Both the position numbers and the translations under genes were made by a program. A stretch of DNA of 64,000 bases from NCBI RefSeq assembly GCF_009914755.1, contig NC_060947.1; one strand, 5' to 3'. This DNA is from the human T2T-CHM13v2.0 reference genome, Homo sapiens. Below are positions 29,834-45,809 of this stretch, in pieces. Position 1 is the stretch's first letter; every line of letters starts with the position of its first letter. The notes beneath the pieces are model-generated. The model was not told the origin of the DNA, made no database searches, and saw nothing but the letters and a program-made list of their open reading frames with translations.

Positions 29834-30147
29834 GGCCAGGTACGGTGGCTCATGCCTGTAATCCCAACAATTTGGGAGGCTGAGGCGGGTGAATCGCTTG
29901 AGTCCAAGAATTTTGGACCAGCCTGGGCAACATGGTGAAACCCCATCTCTACCAAAAATACAAACAAACAAACAAAACCCCAAAAATTAGTAGGGCGTGT
30001 TGGCATGTGCCTGTAGTCCCAGCTACTTCTGGAGGCTGAGGTGGGAGGATCGCTTGAGCCCAGGAGGTGGAGGTTGCAGTGAGCTGGGATCACACCACTG
30101 CACTTCAACCAGAGTGACGGAGTGAGACCCTGGGGGAGGTGGGGGGA

Positions 30148-30184
<37 letters not shown>
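29834..30184 (+). mobile_element. AluJ-like element whose tail is replaced by a (GA)n microsatellite (about 30152-30184)
   Basis: Alu consensus 29834-30131 followed by a GA repeat. Confidence 0.85.
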
Positions 30185-30186
<2 letters not shown>

Positions 30187-31968
30187 ATAGAAGCCTGGAA
30201 ATGGAAAGGAGAGAAGTTGCCAGCATGTTGGGGGACAGAAAGGGTCCAACAGGGGTGGGGCATGGGGCCTAGGAGAAGGAACAATTATTAGGCCTTTCCC
30301 AGTGGTGGGAATGGTTATGGAAATCTGAAGAACAAGAAAGTCTGATGTCCAATTTAAAGTTGATTTCTATGCTGAGCTGCATGGTTTAAATGACTAAAGA
30401 AATGACAGGCAGCCTTAAAAGGAAACCTTTGCTACCCTCTCCCAAATTTTCCAAAATTCAGAGATACGGATTCTGTATAGTTTAGGAGAAAGTAAATGTG
30501 CTAGGATAGGATTGGTGGTGGGGATATTCTGGGCTTTCCATTTGAGCTTCAGGAGTCTGGAGTCTTGGATGCCTGTGGGACTAGACAGTTCCATCTCTAC
30601 ATTCTGCACTAAGCAATCCTTAGCCTGCCTTTCCTTATCTCCAGAACAGAGCTGCCTGATGATAACGGCTTTTCATCTTTCCTCTTAGTTGATATGTAGG
30701 ATCTATATGGTCTCAGATATTTCTCTACTGATTTATGGGTGCTAGAAATGGGCCTGAGACCCAGTGACCTAGGTTCTTCAGAGTTTATGGGTGAATGCTG
30801 AAGATCAAGATTCCAAGAGTTCACAAGGAGAAGGTGGGAGGAAATCTCTCTGGTCAAAGGGTAAAGATTATGAACTAATTTGTCTTTTCTCCCCCGATAA
30901 GGCTGCCTCCTATCCTCTGATCCCCAGGTCATAAGATAAGGTTGTTAATGGTATTATGTTATGAAGGTGGTGGAATTGAGAGGGGTCTGGGGAAGTTTGG
31001 GTTTGACAATCTTTGGGAATGCCTCTCTGATGGATTTGGACTGAGATTTCTTCTGACTTCCTGAATCCAATAATATCTCCTAACGTTCTGACTCTGTATT
31101 CCTTTAAATTACCCCAGGATCCCAAAGACCACAACTGGGACCTAAAACATTGTGAAACTTAAAATGTTGGAGGTTGTAACCGAGCATAGATATACCAGAA
31201 GGGTAGTTGTAGCAGAGGGTGTTCCCCATGGGGACAAAATTGCATAACAAAGGCTCCTAGGCAAGAGAAGGCAGGGCATATCTGGTAATAGTGAAGTGTT
31301 CTGTTTAGGTGGAATATAGGCAACTATATCTAGTACTCTCAGAAAAACAGCAGGAAAAGGGCTGGAAAAGCAGTCAGGGCTGGATTTTGGGAGAGCCTTG
31401 AAATCAAGCTCAGGCGTTTCTTGGGAAAGCATTCCATACCCATTGTCATGTATACCTCACCTGCTATTCATATCTCAACTCACTGCAATCAGGAAACTGT
31501 TGCATGGAATAGACTCTGAAATAACAATAGCTTAAATAAGACATACATCTATTTGCCTCACCTAAAAGAAATCCAGAGGTAGGCAGTTCACGTTGGCTTC
31601 ATGAAATTGTTACGGATCCAGGTTCTTTTTAGTTTACTAATCCAGTATCCTTAGAGTGTGACCCTAGTCCTCATGGCCTTTATTCTGGGAGGCTATGTAT
31701 CTAGCTAAAAATCAGGTGACTTATTACTAAGGAAGAAGAGGAGGATGAATACTAGGGTAAGCAATTAGCAAGCTATGCCACAAACATGTGCACTGAAACT
31801 ATTCCTTCCAAGGTCACCAGAGACCACCACTTGATCGTCAAAATCCCCAGACATTTTTTCAGGTCTTACTTTTCTTGATTCTTGGCACCATTCATCACTA
31901 TTGACCTTGACTCCTCCCTCCTTTTGAAACAATCTCTTCCCTTACTTTTGTGACACTCCTTTCTCCGG

Positions 31969-32335
<367 letters not shown>

Positions 32336-34609
32336 TGAGTTTCTTTTCCTCCACCTATACCAAAGATGCTGTTGGACTGCAGGGCTCTTCCGTGGGCCCA
32401 TGTCTCTTCTAGCACTACGCATTCACCGGGGTGCTGTTACCCTTTCTCAGGAATTCAAGAACTATTTATGTACTGATGACTCCTAGATCTATAACCTCAG
32501 CCTAGACCACTTCTCTGAGCTTCAGATATGTATATTCAACTGCCTGTGGTACATTTCCACCTGGACATGCCACAGGTGCCTCAAAAGCAATGTTCAGTTC
32601 TTGTCTAACCTGCTCCTCAAACCCGCTCTTCCTTCAGTATTCCTGATCTCAGTGAAAGGGGTTACCATTCACACAATCTCTCAAATCAGATCGCCAAGAG
32701 TTCCCTTTGACACTCCCCTCCTCCTTGCCCTTCTCTTCACAATCCAGTTACTCAAGTCCAGTTACTTTTTACTTCTTTACTATCTCCTCGATTCAATCAC
32801 TTCTCACTATCTGCCACCACTCTAGGCCAAAGCACAATCATTGCTTACCTAGATGACTACAAAAGTCATAAGCACTCTCCCTGTTTCCAAGACAACACCT
32901 AATCCACACTCCATATAGCAGCTAGGTGTTCTTTCTAAAACACAAACCTATGCTGTATCCTTGCCTAGAATTCTTTAGTAACTCCTGGGTGCTCTCAGGA
33001 TCAACACCAAAGTCCTCATCTTGGCATTCTAAACTTGCCAACTTGCCATGATTTGGAAGGGGTGGGGAATTTGAGATGCCAGAAGTAGAAGAAAAGGAGG
33101 GGCTATGTCTAGTGTGGATAAGGGAGAAAATCTAGGAGGCAAGAACATGGTGAACTGATATCACACACTTGGAGAAAGCAATAATTCAGAGAAAGAGAAA
33201 AGACAGGAAAACAGAAGCCTGCCTTGAATATGCAAGAAATTTGTGTGTTTGTCTATCTTGAATTATCCATGGAACACAGGGATTCATTATATGTTATTTA
33301 CATAGTAAAAGGTGACCACATAAAGCAGAAGACTTGTGTCCATTTGAATTACATTTATATGTGGAAAGGCACTGAATATTATTTCTGCAACTAACAGTTG
33401 TGCTGAATTTTATTATGGTTTCTAATAACTTTTTAGTTGATGCTCTTGGGTTTTCCAGGTCTGCATTTATATATTCAGTAATTAATGATGATTTGTCTAT
33501 TTCCTATTATTTTACATCTTATTTTGTTCTCTTGAACAGATCCAATTGGTTATGTGAATTTATTATGTGATAGAGGTGCCATTTCAAAGCAGAGAGGGAA
33601 AAGATGGATTAGTTTGCACATGATGTAGAGGTAAGAGACTATGATTTTGAAGAGTAATCAAGCTGAATCCGTATAGAAAATAAATTTTGAAATGATCAAA
33701 CATCTAAATGTAAATAATAAAGCCACAAAAGTGCTTGAAAAAAAAAACGGGGTTTGTTATAGGAGTGTGAAAAGCATCTTTAAGCAAGCAGCAGAATCCA
33801 GTTGTGATGAAGGAAAAATGGATATATTTGACTACATAATAATTAAACATTTTTGTTTGGCAAAAATTATCATAAATAACATGAAAAATATTTGTAATAT
33901 GTGACATGTACAGGAGAGACATTGCTGGCGGGAATGTTATCCATTTACTTTTTAGGAGTAAGTTGACAAATTTTGCATCAAAATGGAAGACTTTTTTGTA
34001 GCATTTGAGCTAGCAAAAAATACCATAAATAACAAAAAGTGCACCAAGCAATCTAAATGTACATGTGTACTGGACTGGTTCAATAAATTATGGGACATCT
34101 ATGCAAGAAAAGATCATGCAGCTGTTTAGAAAAATGTGCACTAACGGAAAGATGTTTTATATATAACTGGAAAAAAACAGGTCGCAGAACAGAAGGTATG
34201 TATAGTGTACCATTTGTCGGAGAGAGAACCTGAATAATTAGTATACGAATAGAAAAAAAATCTGGATAGCAAAATGTTAATAGTGGTTATTTCTGGGAGA
34301 TGAGTGGCCTTTCATTGGTGTGTTATATATTACTGCATTGTTTGAATTTTTACAACAACAACAAAAGAACAACATATTACCTTTGTAATAAGAAAAAATG
34401 AAGATATAAAAATAAATTCAATGAATGACTTGCTTTCAGGGGGCGGTTTGAGTTGGAAGAGCTTCAGACTGAGCCTGGTACAGTGGCATAAACATGGGCT
34501 TTGGCGTCAGACAGCCCTGAGCGGGGCCCCATTGCCCCACCCCCGAGGAAGGCGAGGGGGGGTGGCAGGGGGCTGCGGAAAGGGGCTGGGCTGGGTTGGG
34601 CTGTCTGCA

Positions 34610-34685
34610 GCTCTAGTCCAGGAGGCTGAGACTTCGAGAGGGACTTAGAGAAGGCAGACGCATCCCGAACTCGCTGGAGGACAAG
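34610..34685 (+). other. MAGED2: MAGED2 alternative non-coding first exon 1a (start approximate)
   Basis: Strong donor AAG|GTGAGG downstream of GC-rich promoter sequence. Confidence 0.6.
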
Positions 34686-35234
34686 GTGAGGGGCGTTGAT
34701 ATTGGGGTTTTATGGAGGTCAGACAGTGGTTCCAGACCCCTCGAACCCATAGCCAGGCAGATGAGCAATTCTTACTGCACCACTGCAGCTGAAGCAGAGG
34801 TGACCTGGAGTGGGGTGTAGGCAATGAGGACGACTGAGAAAGTAGTAGGCTGTACAGACTGGGAGCAGAGACTAGCGGAGGGAGGAGGGGAGAAAAACGG
34901 GGAACCAGGAATGTTGGGAGGGGGACGAGGAATACAAGGAGGGAGGGGAACACTGAGGGGGAGTGAAGATCCAGAGAAGAGAATCGGGGATGCAGAGAGG
35001 GATTAAGGAATACTGAGGGGCAGGGTGTGCAAACGTAACACGGAGGAGGATGTAAGAAATGGGAAGAAGGAATTCTGGAGTAAATAGGAAATGTGAGGTA
35101 GGAATAGGGAGTAGGGAGCCAGGCTAAGGGAATACGGAGGGGGGCATAAGGAATGAGGAGCAGGGAGCGGGGGAGGGGCAGACAGGCTGGGACGGAGGCC
35201 CCCTAGGGAGGCGGAAAGGGGCGGGACCACTTCC

Positions 35235-35316
35235 GGCCTAGAGAGGGGAGGGCAGTCTCCGAGTTTCGGAGGGGCTTGGAGTGAGTGGACGCACTCGGGA
35301 ATTGTAGGAGGACGAG
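35235..35316 (+). other. MAGED2: MAGED2 alternative non-coding first exon 1b (start approximate)
   Basis: Donor GAG|GTGAGC just downstream of a GC box and ETS site. Confidence 0.6.
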
Positions 35317-35959
35317 GTGAGCAGCCGGGTCGGCTTTTGGATGAGAGCCCCGCTAGGGGTCGGCCCCACCCTCTGGGATCTGGAGAAAACCTGCCTTAAG
35401 GACCGGATCGTACCGGATCCATCCGGCTGGGAAGGGAGGGGACTGGACCCGGTTTGGCCGGGCCCAAGATGGAATCACTAGCTCAGTATTTATTTGAGGA
35501 GGGGGTGTAATAGGGAAGGGGCGGAACCAAGATGCGCCTGTTTGGAGGGGGGCGTGTTAGGAAGAAGGGCGGGGCCAAGAGACACTGGACTCTGTAGGGC
35601 GTGAGTAGGGGAGGGGCCGGGTCCACCAGACACTGCGACAATTTTGGAGGAAGGCTTGTTGGGCAGGGGGCGGGACCGAATGGTACTGCGGACCTGGAGA
35701 GGGGCGTGTGTTGGGGCAGAGTGCCAGACTGAGACCACGACCATTGCGCATGCGCACTATGTTTCGCTAGAAAGGGGCGTGTTGAGAAGGGCCAGCACTG
35801 AGAAGAGCCAGCTGCTGAATGCGCATGTGCACGGTGGACATCAAAGAAAGGGCTCGTGCTGGGAAAGCGGGCGGGGCTGAGAGCGGCCCTGCAGCCGACG
35901 CGCATGCGCTCTATCGACCTGCGGCTGGGTGGGGGGTGCACTGGGAAAAGGGGCGGGGT

Positions 35960-36106
35960 CCTCAGAGCTGCCGCGCTGGCACATCTTCCTGGAGAAGGGG
36001 AGGGTGCGGCTGCAGAGAATTGAGACTTAGAAGCTTTGAATTCCTGTATCTGAGAACGGAGTCGTTGGGGGTGGTGGAGGGGGTTGGAATTGGGGACCTA
36101 CGGAAG
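35960..36106 (+). other. MAGED2: MAGED2 alternative non-coding first exon 1c (start approximate)
   Basis: Donor AAG|GTGAGG, 79-nt intron to the exon 2 acceptor at 36186. Confidence 0.6.
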
Positions 36107-36214
36107 GTGAGGATCAGCCTCCAGGCACAACAGGGGAGAGGACGTTCAGTGGGCTTCAACTTGACCCAGGCCTTCTCCCCTTCAGGCTCAGCTCTTGCCA
36201 GGCCAAATTGAGAC

Positions 36215-36259
36215 ATGTCTGACACAAGCGAGAGTGGTGCAGGTCTAACTCGCTTCCAG
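36215..36259 (+). CDS. MAGED2: MAGED2 first coding exon (exon 2)
   Basis: MSDTSESGAGLTRFQ; donor GTAAGG; all coding exons sum to 1821 nt = 606 aa plus stop. Confidence 0.95.
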
Positions 36260-36502
36260 GTAAGGCCTCTTTCTGTCCTTTCCCCAGCTGCTTTTCCTCT
36301 CCAGCCCTTGTTGCTGCCCCCAAGTCCCTTGGCTCTTCCCCTCCCATCCTTGTCCTTCTCCACCTACTTTCCTGCCTGGGTGTCCCCCTGCCCAGTGGAG
36401 GGAGGGAGAGAAGGTGGGCGGGCCCCTCTTCTGCCATCAGTTCTTGCTCAGAGGAAAGGGAGGCCTTGTTGGGCTGAGGTGGTCAGAGCACACCGCAGGT
36501 AG

Positions 36503-37144
<642 letters not shown>

Positions 37145-37703
37145 TGATTCATTTGTTCTACAAACATTTAGAAAGATCCCTGTGCTCATCAGGGCTGTGG
37201 GGGGCACTGAGAGTAATGTGATGTAATTCCTGTCTTCAGAGAGCTTGCAGACTGATGGGGAGGTGCAATCTGAATGTAATGCAGTTTATGTTTACATAGT
37301 AGCTGCCCTGTATTAGGCCTTGAGCTAAGCACATTTATGCAGGTTATCTCATTAAATCTTGAAAGTAATTCTCATAGCCCCAATTTTATGGAGAAGGAAG
37401 CTGAGTTCCAGAGAGGTGAAGCGGCTTGTCTAGGATGGTTCAAGCAGAGCCAGTAGTGGGCACAGAAAGAGAAGAAGACTCAGCCTCCACCCACCCTTGG
37501 TTTGCTCCTGGCCTGCTAGGCAGATGAAACACCTGCTTGGAAGTCAGTGAGAAACAAATCCAGGGTTCAGCATGGCCAACATCTATTGAGTCAGGCTGTT
37601 ACTACAGGGGTGGGATTAGCGGGTGCTTCCTGGAAGAGATAGGGAGAGGAAAAGGACCACTTGCTTCATCTGGTGACGTTGAGCTTCCTCTCTGTTGATG
37701 CAG

Positions 37704-38012
37704 GTGAAGCATCTGGATGGGGAAGAGGATGGCAGCAGTGATCAGAGTCAGGCTTCTGGAACCACAGGTGGCCGAAGGGTCTCAAAGGCCCTAATGGCCT
37801 CAATGGCCCGCAGGGCTTCAAGGGGTCCCATAGCCTTTTGGGCCCGCAGGGCATCAAGGACTCGGTTGGCTGCTTGGGCCCGGAGAGCCTTGCTCTCCCT
37901 GAGATCACCTAAAGCCCGTAGGGGCAAGGCTCGCCGTAGAGCTGCCAAGCTCCAGTCATCCCAAGAGCCTGAAGCACCACCACCTCGGGATGTGGCCCTT
38001 TTGCAAGGGAGG
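37704..38012 (+). CDS. MAGED2: MAGED2 exon 4 (Arg-rich region)
   Basis: [10 protein letters not shown]...DVALLQGR; 309 nt. Confidence 0.95.
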
Positions 38013-38132
38013 GTAAGAACTCTGTCGTTTTTATTCTGCCTTTTCTACTGCCTTGGCTGTCCTTTTCTTTGCCATCGTCTCAAGTTTTCTGCAAACTTGT
38101 TTTGGTCTTTCCATCTTTTTCTACTCTGCCAG

Positions 38133-38196
38133 GCAAATGATTTGGTGAAGTACCTTTTGGCTAAAGACCAGACGAAGATTCCCATCAAGCGCTCGG
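38133..38196 (+). CDS. MAGED2: MAGED2 exon 5 (MAGE homology domain)
   Basis: [21 protein letters not shown]; 64 nt. Confidence 0.95.
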
Positions 38197-38200
38197 GTAA

Positions 38201-38578
<378 letters not shown>

Positions 38579-38967
38579 TGAATTGAACAAAAATGTACAA
38601 GTCCCTTCTCGGGAACCAAAGAGACCTGCTAATCCAGCTCCATCGCTATGCTGAGGGGCAGACAGTGGCCTAGGGAGGGGTGTAGATTAGCGATGGGTCA
38701 CACAGCAAGTCAATGGTAAAAGTGCAGCTAGGACCCAAGACACCCAACTTAATCCTGGCTTCTGTCCGTCCATGGCAGCTCCTGCCATGTATTTGAGATT
38801 TCACCTCTCCCTTTCATTCCCCATTCTCTGTCTCCCTAGAGTCCCACTCACCACAAAGATGATGATGACAATAGTACATTTGCAGCGTGTTTACCGGGTG
38901 CCAGGCACTTAGCTATGTACTTTGTGCGTATTATCTCACTGATTTCTCACACATGCGAAACTCCTAG

Positions 38968-39135
<168 letters not shown>

Positions 39136-39801
39136 TAAGCTGGGAAAGGGCTGAGGTGTGGGGGGCTTCTGCTTTGGCCATGTGCTGCTACTCCTCCTTT
39201 GTCCTACTTCCCCCATCCTCTTAGAGAGTCAGGAAAGACAGGGTCTCAAAAGCCCCGTCCCAGTTCCTATGCATAGTTGGAGCCCTGCTTACAGTGGTGG
39301 CACCTGATTATGATTGACTGGAGGGTGTAGGAGCCTGGAGTGGGACATTCCTGCTGTCAGGTTTGCTGTCTCTGTAGAAGCTTCCCAGGAAAGCAGGCCT
39401 GTCGTTGCTTGCCTCTTCCTACTGGGTGCCTGGCCTGGCTTTGGCAGAGTGGTTCTCAAGGAGGGCTTCCTGGTGTGGGTGGATCAGGATGCATGAAGCG
39501 CAGGAGTGTCAGTGGGGCTGAAGGTTCTGGGACAGAAAGAAGGGACTCACATTGACTGAGTGCTTGTGTTGTACCAGGTTGGCAGCCATTCTTCCATCTT
39601 CTTGGAAACCCAGGGAAGGGAAAATATGATTTTTTCTATTTTACTGAAGAGTAGACTGAGGCTTGCAAGTCTAAGTGCCTTGCCAAGGGTGGCATAGAGC
39701 TGGAAGCAGAGACTGGGTAGAATTCTGTATCTGAGGAATCTGGGAGAGGCTAGCCTAGTGAGTTGGCTGGTGTGTCTGTTGCAGATGGCTGCTGAACATA
39801 A

Positions 39802-40158
<357 letters not shown>

Positions 40159-40332
40159 TAGAGGGCCCAGGGTTCTGACCTGGGTGGATGATGGGTGAAT
40201 GGTCCTGAACTCTCTGCTCCCTCTCTCAGTGTCTCTTGGGCTTCTATGGAGCTTCCCTCTTGTGCTGGAAACCTCTTTTCCGTCTTGGAAATGCCTCTGC
40301 CCACATCTGGGAAGTGCCATAGCCTTGAGTGA

Positions 40333-40434
<102 letters not shown>

Positions 40435-41252
40435 TAAGTATCTCTGTCTGGTGTTCATGTGTCCCATGCATTTGGCCTATTTCAGAACTGAGTGATAAAG
40501 CCGTGGTGCATGGATGCATGTGTCTATGTGTGTATGTATTTGCATATTTGCATGTATGCAGGTGGGATTATTCCTTGGGCGGTGATGGGAAACAGGAGCA
40601 GCACATGTTTCCTGATCTGTTACATATACCTCAACATTTGTCTTGAGACCAGTTCTGCAAGGGAGGGATTATCATTACCATCATTGTACGTATGCAGAAA
40701 CTGAGGTTTAGAGAGGTGAAGTCATTTGGTCAGGGTTACACAGGTAGCAAGTAGAAGAGTTATGTTTAGAACTTGGCTCCAAAGCCTTAGTTCTTTTTAT
40801 TCTGCTAACTAGAGCTTCATAGAAATTAATTTCCGTAAAGAAATGACATAGAATGGTAGCTTCAGGCAACCAGGTACCATGCTGGGGAGTTGACTTGTAC
40901 ATCTCATTTCATTTTCATAACTACCCTGCAGCTGTCATCCCATCCCCGTTTTACAGTTGAGGGACCTGGGGCTCCGAGAAGGGAGATCTGAGCATGGCCC
41001 ACAGCTGGTATGGGCCTGGAGCCCAGTCCTCTTGAATTTCTGGCCAAAGCTCACCTATCCTTGGTCCTTGGAGGACATGCAAACACTCACACAGCCACAC
41101 GCATGTGCACACAGAAACACACACAAAGGGTCAGGAATTCAGCATGTGTGAAGCATGCTGCTATTGGCTGTTCTTCCTCTGTAGTCTTTCTGGTCATTTT
41201 CTGTGGTGGACCTTTCTGGGCTTGGCCAGGCTGAGGCCAAGACACTTGCAGT

Positions 41253-41383
41253 GGGGTGTGCTCAGAGCAGGGGGCCCAAAGAATGGCTCCTCTGTTTACA
41301 ACACACCCAACAGGAATCTGGGGTCATTGTGATGAGGGCGTCAAACTTGTGGCTTCCCTATGAACAAACGTCCCCCAACACCT
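41253..41383 (+). ncRNA. SNORA11: Box H/ACA snoRNA SNORA11 (U107) in MAGED2 intron 10
   Basis: Hairpin GGGGTGTG...CACACCC, H box ACAGGA at 41310-41315, second hairpin TGGGG...CCCCA, ACA at 41378-41380 plus 3 nt; known host gene. Confidence 0.9.
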
Positions 41384-41496
41384 CTATGTGGCTTCTGGGC
41401 AAGACCAGTGGGACAGGGCTCAATATTGGAAGAAAGACTGTAGTAATTAGTGGATGATGTTGCCATCTGGAGCCTGTCCAGTCTATGCATGGGTAG

Positions 41497-41751
<255 letters not shown>

Positions 41752-42112
41752 TGAATGTTTTGGTGCTTCTGTTAATTGTCAAAACACTGTAACAGGCACT
41801 TTATCTGAATCATTTAAGCCTTACAACCTGATATGTCATTGCCCTGTTACAGATGAGAAAACCGAGGCCCAGAAAGGTTGGTAGGTGACATGTCCAAAGT
41901 CATGGGGCTAGGAAGTGTCAGAGCAGGGATGGAATATTAGGTGCATAATTACTGGTAATACTGTATTATTACTATTATCTTTTTATACTAAGCATGTAGC
42001 ATAGTGCCTAGCATAAAGGTAGATGCTTAATCCTCTTATGCTCCTTCTGATGGTTATTTACATAGTAATACTGTATTATTACTATGGCTTAATCCCTCTA
42101 TGCTCCTTCTGA

Positions 42113-42565
<453 letters not shown>

Positions 42566-42763
42566 GATTTTAGGTATCTGCCTTGGTTTCAGTGGGGACA
42601 TCTGGGGCTTATGGGGCTGGGATGAGGAGCTGGATGATTCTAGGAAGGCCCAAGTTGGAGAATGATGTGGAGAGTGTGCCAAGACACTGCTTTTGGCATT
42701 TTATTCCTTTCTGTTTGCTGGATGTCAATTGACCCTTTTATTTTCTCTTACTTGTGTTTTCAG

Positions 42764-42897
42764 ATATTGTTAATCCTGCCAGTCTTTCTCTTCAAGCCAG
42801 GGTGCATCCTCAGAAACCTACTCAACACAGCACTCTAGGCAGCCACTATCAATCAATTGAAGTTGACACTCTGCATTAAATCTATTTGCCATTTCTG
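42764..42897 (+). other. MAGED2: MAGED2 3' non-coding terminal exon with ATTAAA poly(A) signal (42875-42880)
   Basis: Polypyrimidine tract and cag acceptor; ATTAAA followed by a T-rich downstream element. Confidence 0.8.
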
Positions 42898-43000
42898 AGT
42901 TTATTGCTTTTTTTGGCGGGCTGTCACATTTTGGTATCACATTTAAAAATCAGTGAGTTGGGAAAGTTTCCACCTCAGTCTGTGTTTAGTTTGAGGTGAT

Positions 43001-43126
43001 ATTGTTGGATTCCCAGGAGCGAGATTAACACACCTTTCTGGGATAGATTGGGCCTCACGTCTAATTGTTGGATTCCCAGGAGCGAGATTAACACACCTTT
43101 CTGGGATAGATTGGGCATCACGTCTA
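43001..43126. repeat. 63-bp tandem duplication (2 copies, 1 mismatch)
   Basis: ATTGTTGGATTCCCAGGAGCGAG...GGGC(C/A)TCACGTCTA at 43001-43063 and 43064-43126. Confidence 0.95.
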
Positions 43127-43671
43127 GCCTTCAGGGTGGTGGGATTTTAGTGGGGTGGAGTTCAAGAGATTGTAGTTACAGAGGACACACTTTGAAGGAG
43201 AGGCTTGAGGTCGGCAAGTCTAGAGCAGAAAGTGTAAGTAGAGGAGACTGGACATCAAATATAGAATCCCTTTTTGAGAAATTTGAATGAGGAGAGAGAG
43301 GGGTACAGAGCTAAATGGAGATACAGGAACAAGGGAGCATTTTCTTGGGGAAGGAGAGAGAGACTTGAGTAGGGAGGAGTCAACGGAGAGGGAGAAGTTG
43401 AATGTTGACTTTTGCAGCCCAGTCCTGGAGGAGGTGAGAGGAGTTGGGTTGTGGGAAGGCCTGGGAGAAGGGACTACTCGGATAGGACTCAGAGAGGGGG
43501 ACTGTGAGAGGATGTTGAGCAGTAGGGAGGCCCCAGTAGAGGATGGAGCCCATGATTTTTGGGGGAACATAGCAAGGTGCTCAGTAATCTTGGTATAGGA
43601 ACCATGAAGATGAGTGTTGGTTTATTCCAAGGTTTGGGTTCTGCTGTTTGGATCTGGAATAAGAACACAGG

Positions 43672-44306
<635 letters not shown>

Positions 44307-44754
44307 CTAGTCAGACAGTGGGATGATTGTATTTAGGAAGTCACAGCACAGAGAGCTCTGGGTGATGGGGAGGTTCAAGGAATGGGTAGTCGAAGGGTAG
44401 AGATGCTTCCTGCGGATGTGGAGTCGGTGGTCTGGGAGGCCAGGGTATTGGTTGGGTTATCCACGTGGACAGTGAGATCACCCAGATGGTGGCAGGAGGT
44501 GGGAGAGAGGGGAGCATTATGAGCCAGGTGCGAAAGTACCCACATGTGGTGTCCTCTCAGCTACACTGCTCACTAAGGGACAGGGCCCTCAGGCTATTAG
44601 AGATCCACCTCCCTGTTTTGGGGGGGTACTGCCCTGGACCACCTTTCTCCCCACGAAGCCCTCGCCATCTCCAATCCCAACATCACTGGGCTTCTAATCA
44701 CTGGGACGATCTTGTGGACAATGAGGCCCCGGTAATGGCCACCTCTCCTCTCCT

Positions 44755-45055
44755 GTAGAATCTATAAGCAATAAAGGAAGGATGTTTATTGCTTAGGGAA
44801 CAGAATTTTAAAAAGAGAAACACAGCTCCATGTGCAGCAAGACAGCTCCTTACCTGTGGCTGTGAATTGAGACCTGCTGAAGTGATCTTCACTAGAAACA
44901 GAGGCTCTTCCATTGAAGATTAGGATATGGTCTCCTCAGGGCCTGGGTAGTACCCAGGACAGGTAGACAAAATCACAGGCAGCTTTGGCCTCCTAGGAAG
45001 GACTCTCAGTGGGTACTGTGTCTAGGGCCCCCTCAGATTCTCTGGTGATGTCCAT
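44755..45055 (-). pseudogene. Decayed copy of the PFKFB1 terminal exon plus 3'UTR
   Basis: ccattttcag|ATG GAC ATC ACC AGA GAA TCT GAG GGG GCC CTA GAC ACA GTA CCC = MDITRESEGALDTVP, versus the PFKFB1 C-terminus NVDITREPEEALDTVPAHY (recalled); AATAAA on minus at 44785-44790. Confidence 0.75.
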
Positions 45056-45809
45056 CTGAAAATGGAAGGGGTGGGCGATGATGAGGTGGTGAGGAACTCA
45101 GGGACTGTGATGCTAAGAAAAATGAGTTCCAAGTGTTTGATAGAGTTAAGTGTGACCCATAGTCATGCAGAACTCTTCTTTCCTCTTGCCTTCCTTCCAC
45201 AGGACACTGGGCTTGAAGAGCACCCGCCTCTTCCTCCCTTCCCACAAAGCCTAGAATTTGACAGGAGAAGGGGTTGGCTCTTCCTCACTCCTCACTCCCC
45301 GCTCCTCAAGTGTCAGACTGAAGGCAGGTGGGACAGGGAAGGAGAGAGCAGGTCTGGTCCCAGGCAAGCAGGGGAGTGTTCGGAGCAGGGGGAAGGAGTG
45401 GCAGGGGAAATGAGAACAGACCCTTGTTCATGTTTTTGCCATCTTTATCAGCCTGGAGGCCGTTACTGTGACGAATGAACTCCCACAATTTTCAGTTTTT
45501 TCTTCAGTATATTATTAAGTAAATTCCAAATAATTGTAGATTGTATCATGTATCTTCCCCTTGGCTAGTGGTGGCCAGAGCCCCTTTAGCAGCTGCTCCA
45601 CCCATTTTTTTTTTTATTATCACCCTTTAAGAAGCCTTTTTAGACATTTTTATCCTAATTGTCCTTCCCCATGTAGTTTTATTTACACAGATATACTGTA
45701 GATATCTATTTAATAACTATGTATATTTGTGCTTTATACATAAAAAATAAACCTTACTCTTTTTATTCAATACAGGGTTAATAATGAATAAAATATTTAA
45801 GTAAAAAGT

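Larger units (their letters stand above)
34500..36110 (+). promoter_or_regulatory. MAGED2: MAGED2 CpG-rich multi-TSS promoter with GC boxes, an ETS site and NRF1 sites
   Basis: Many GGGGCGG boxes; CCACTTCCGG at about 35227; perfect NRF1 palindrome TGCGCATGCGCA at 35745-35756, near-matches at 35820-35831 and 35899-35910. Confidence 0.8.

Noticed and set aside
45415-45460. Possible remnant of the penultimate PFKFB1 exon (ctccag|GCTGATAAAGATGG...)
   Set aside because: Position is plausible but similarity is too weak to call by eye; needs alignment.
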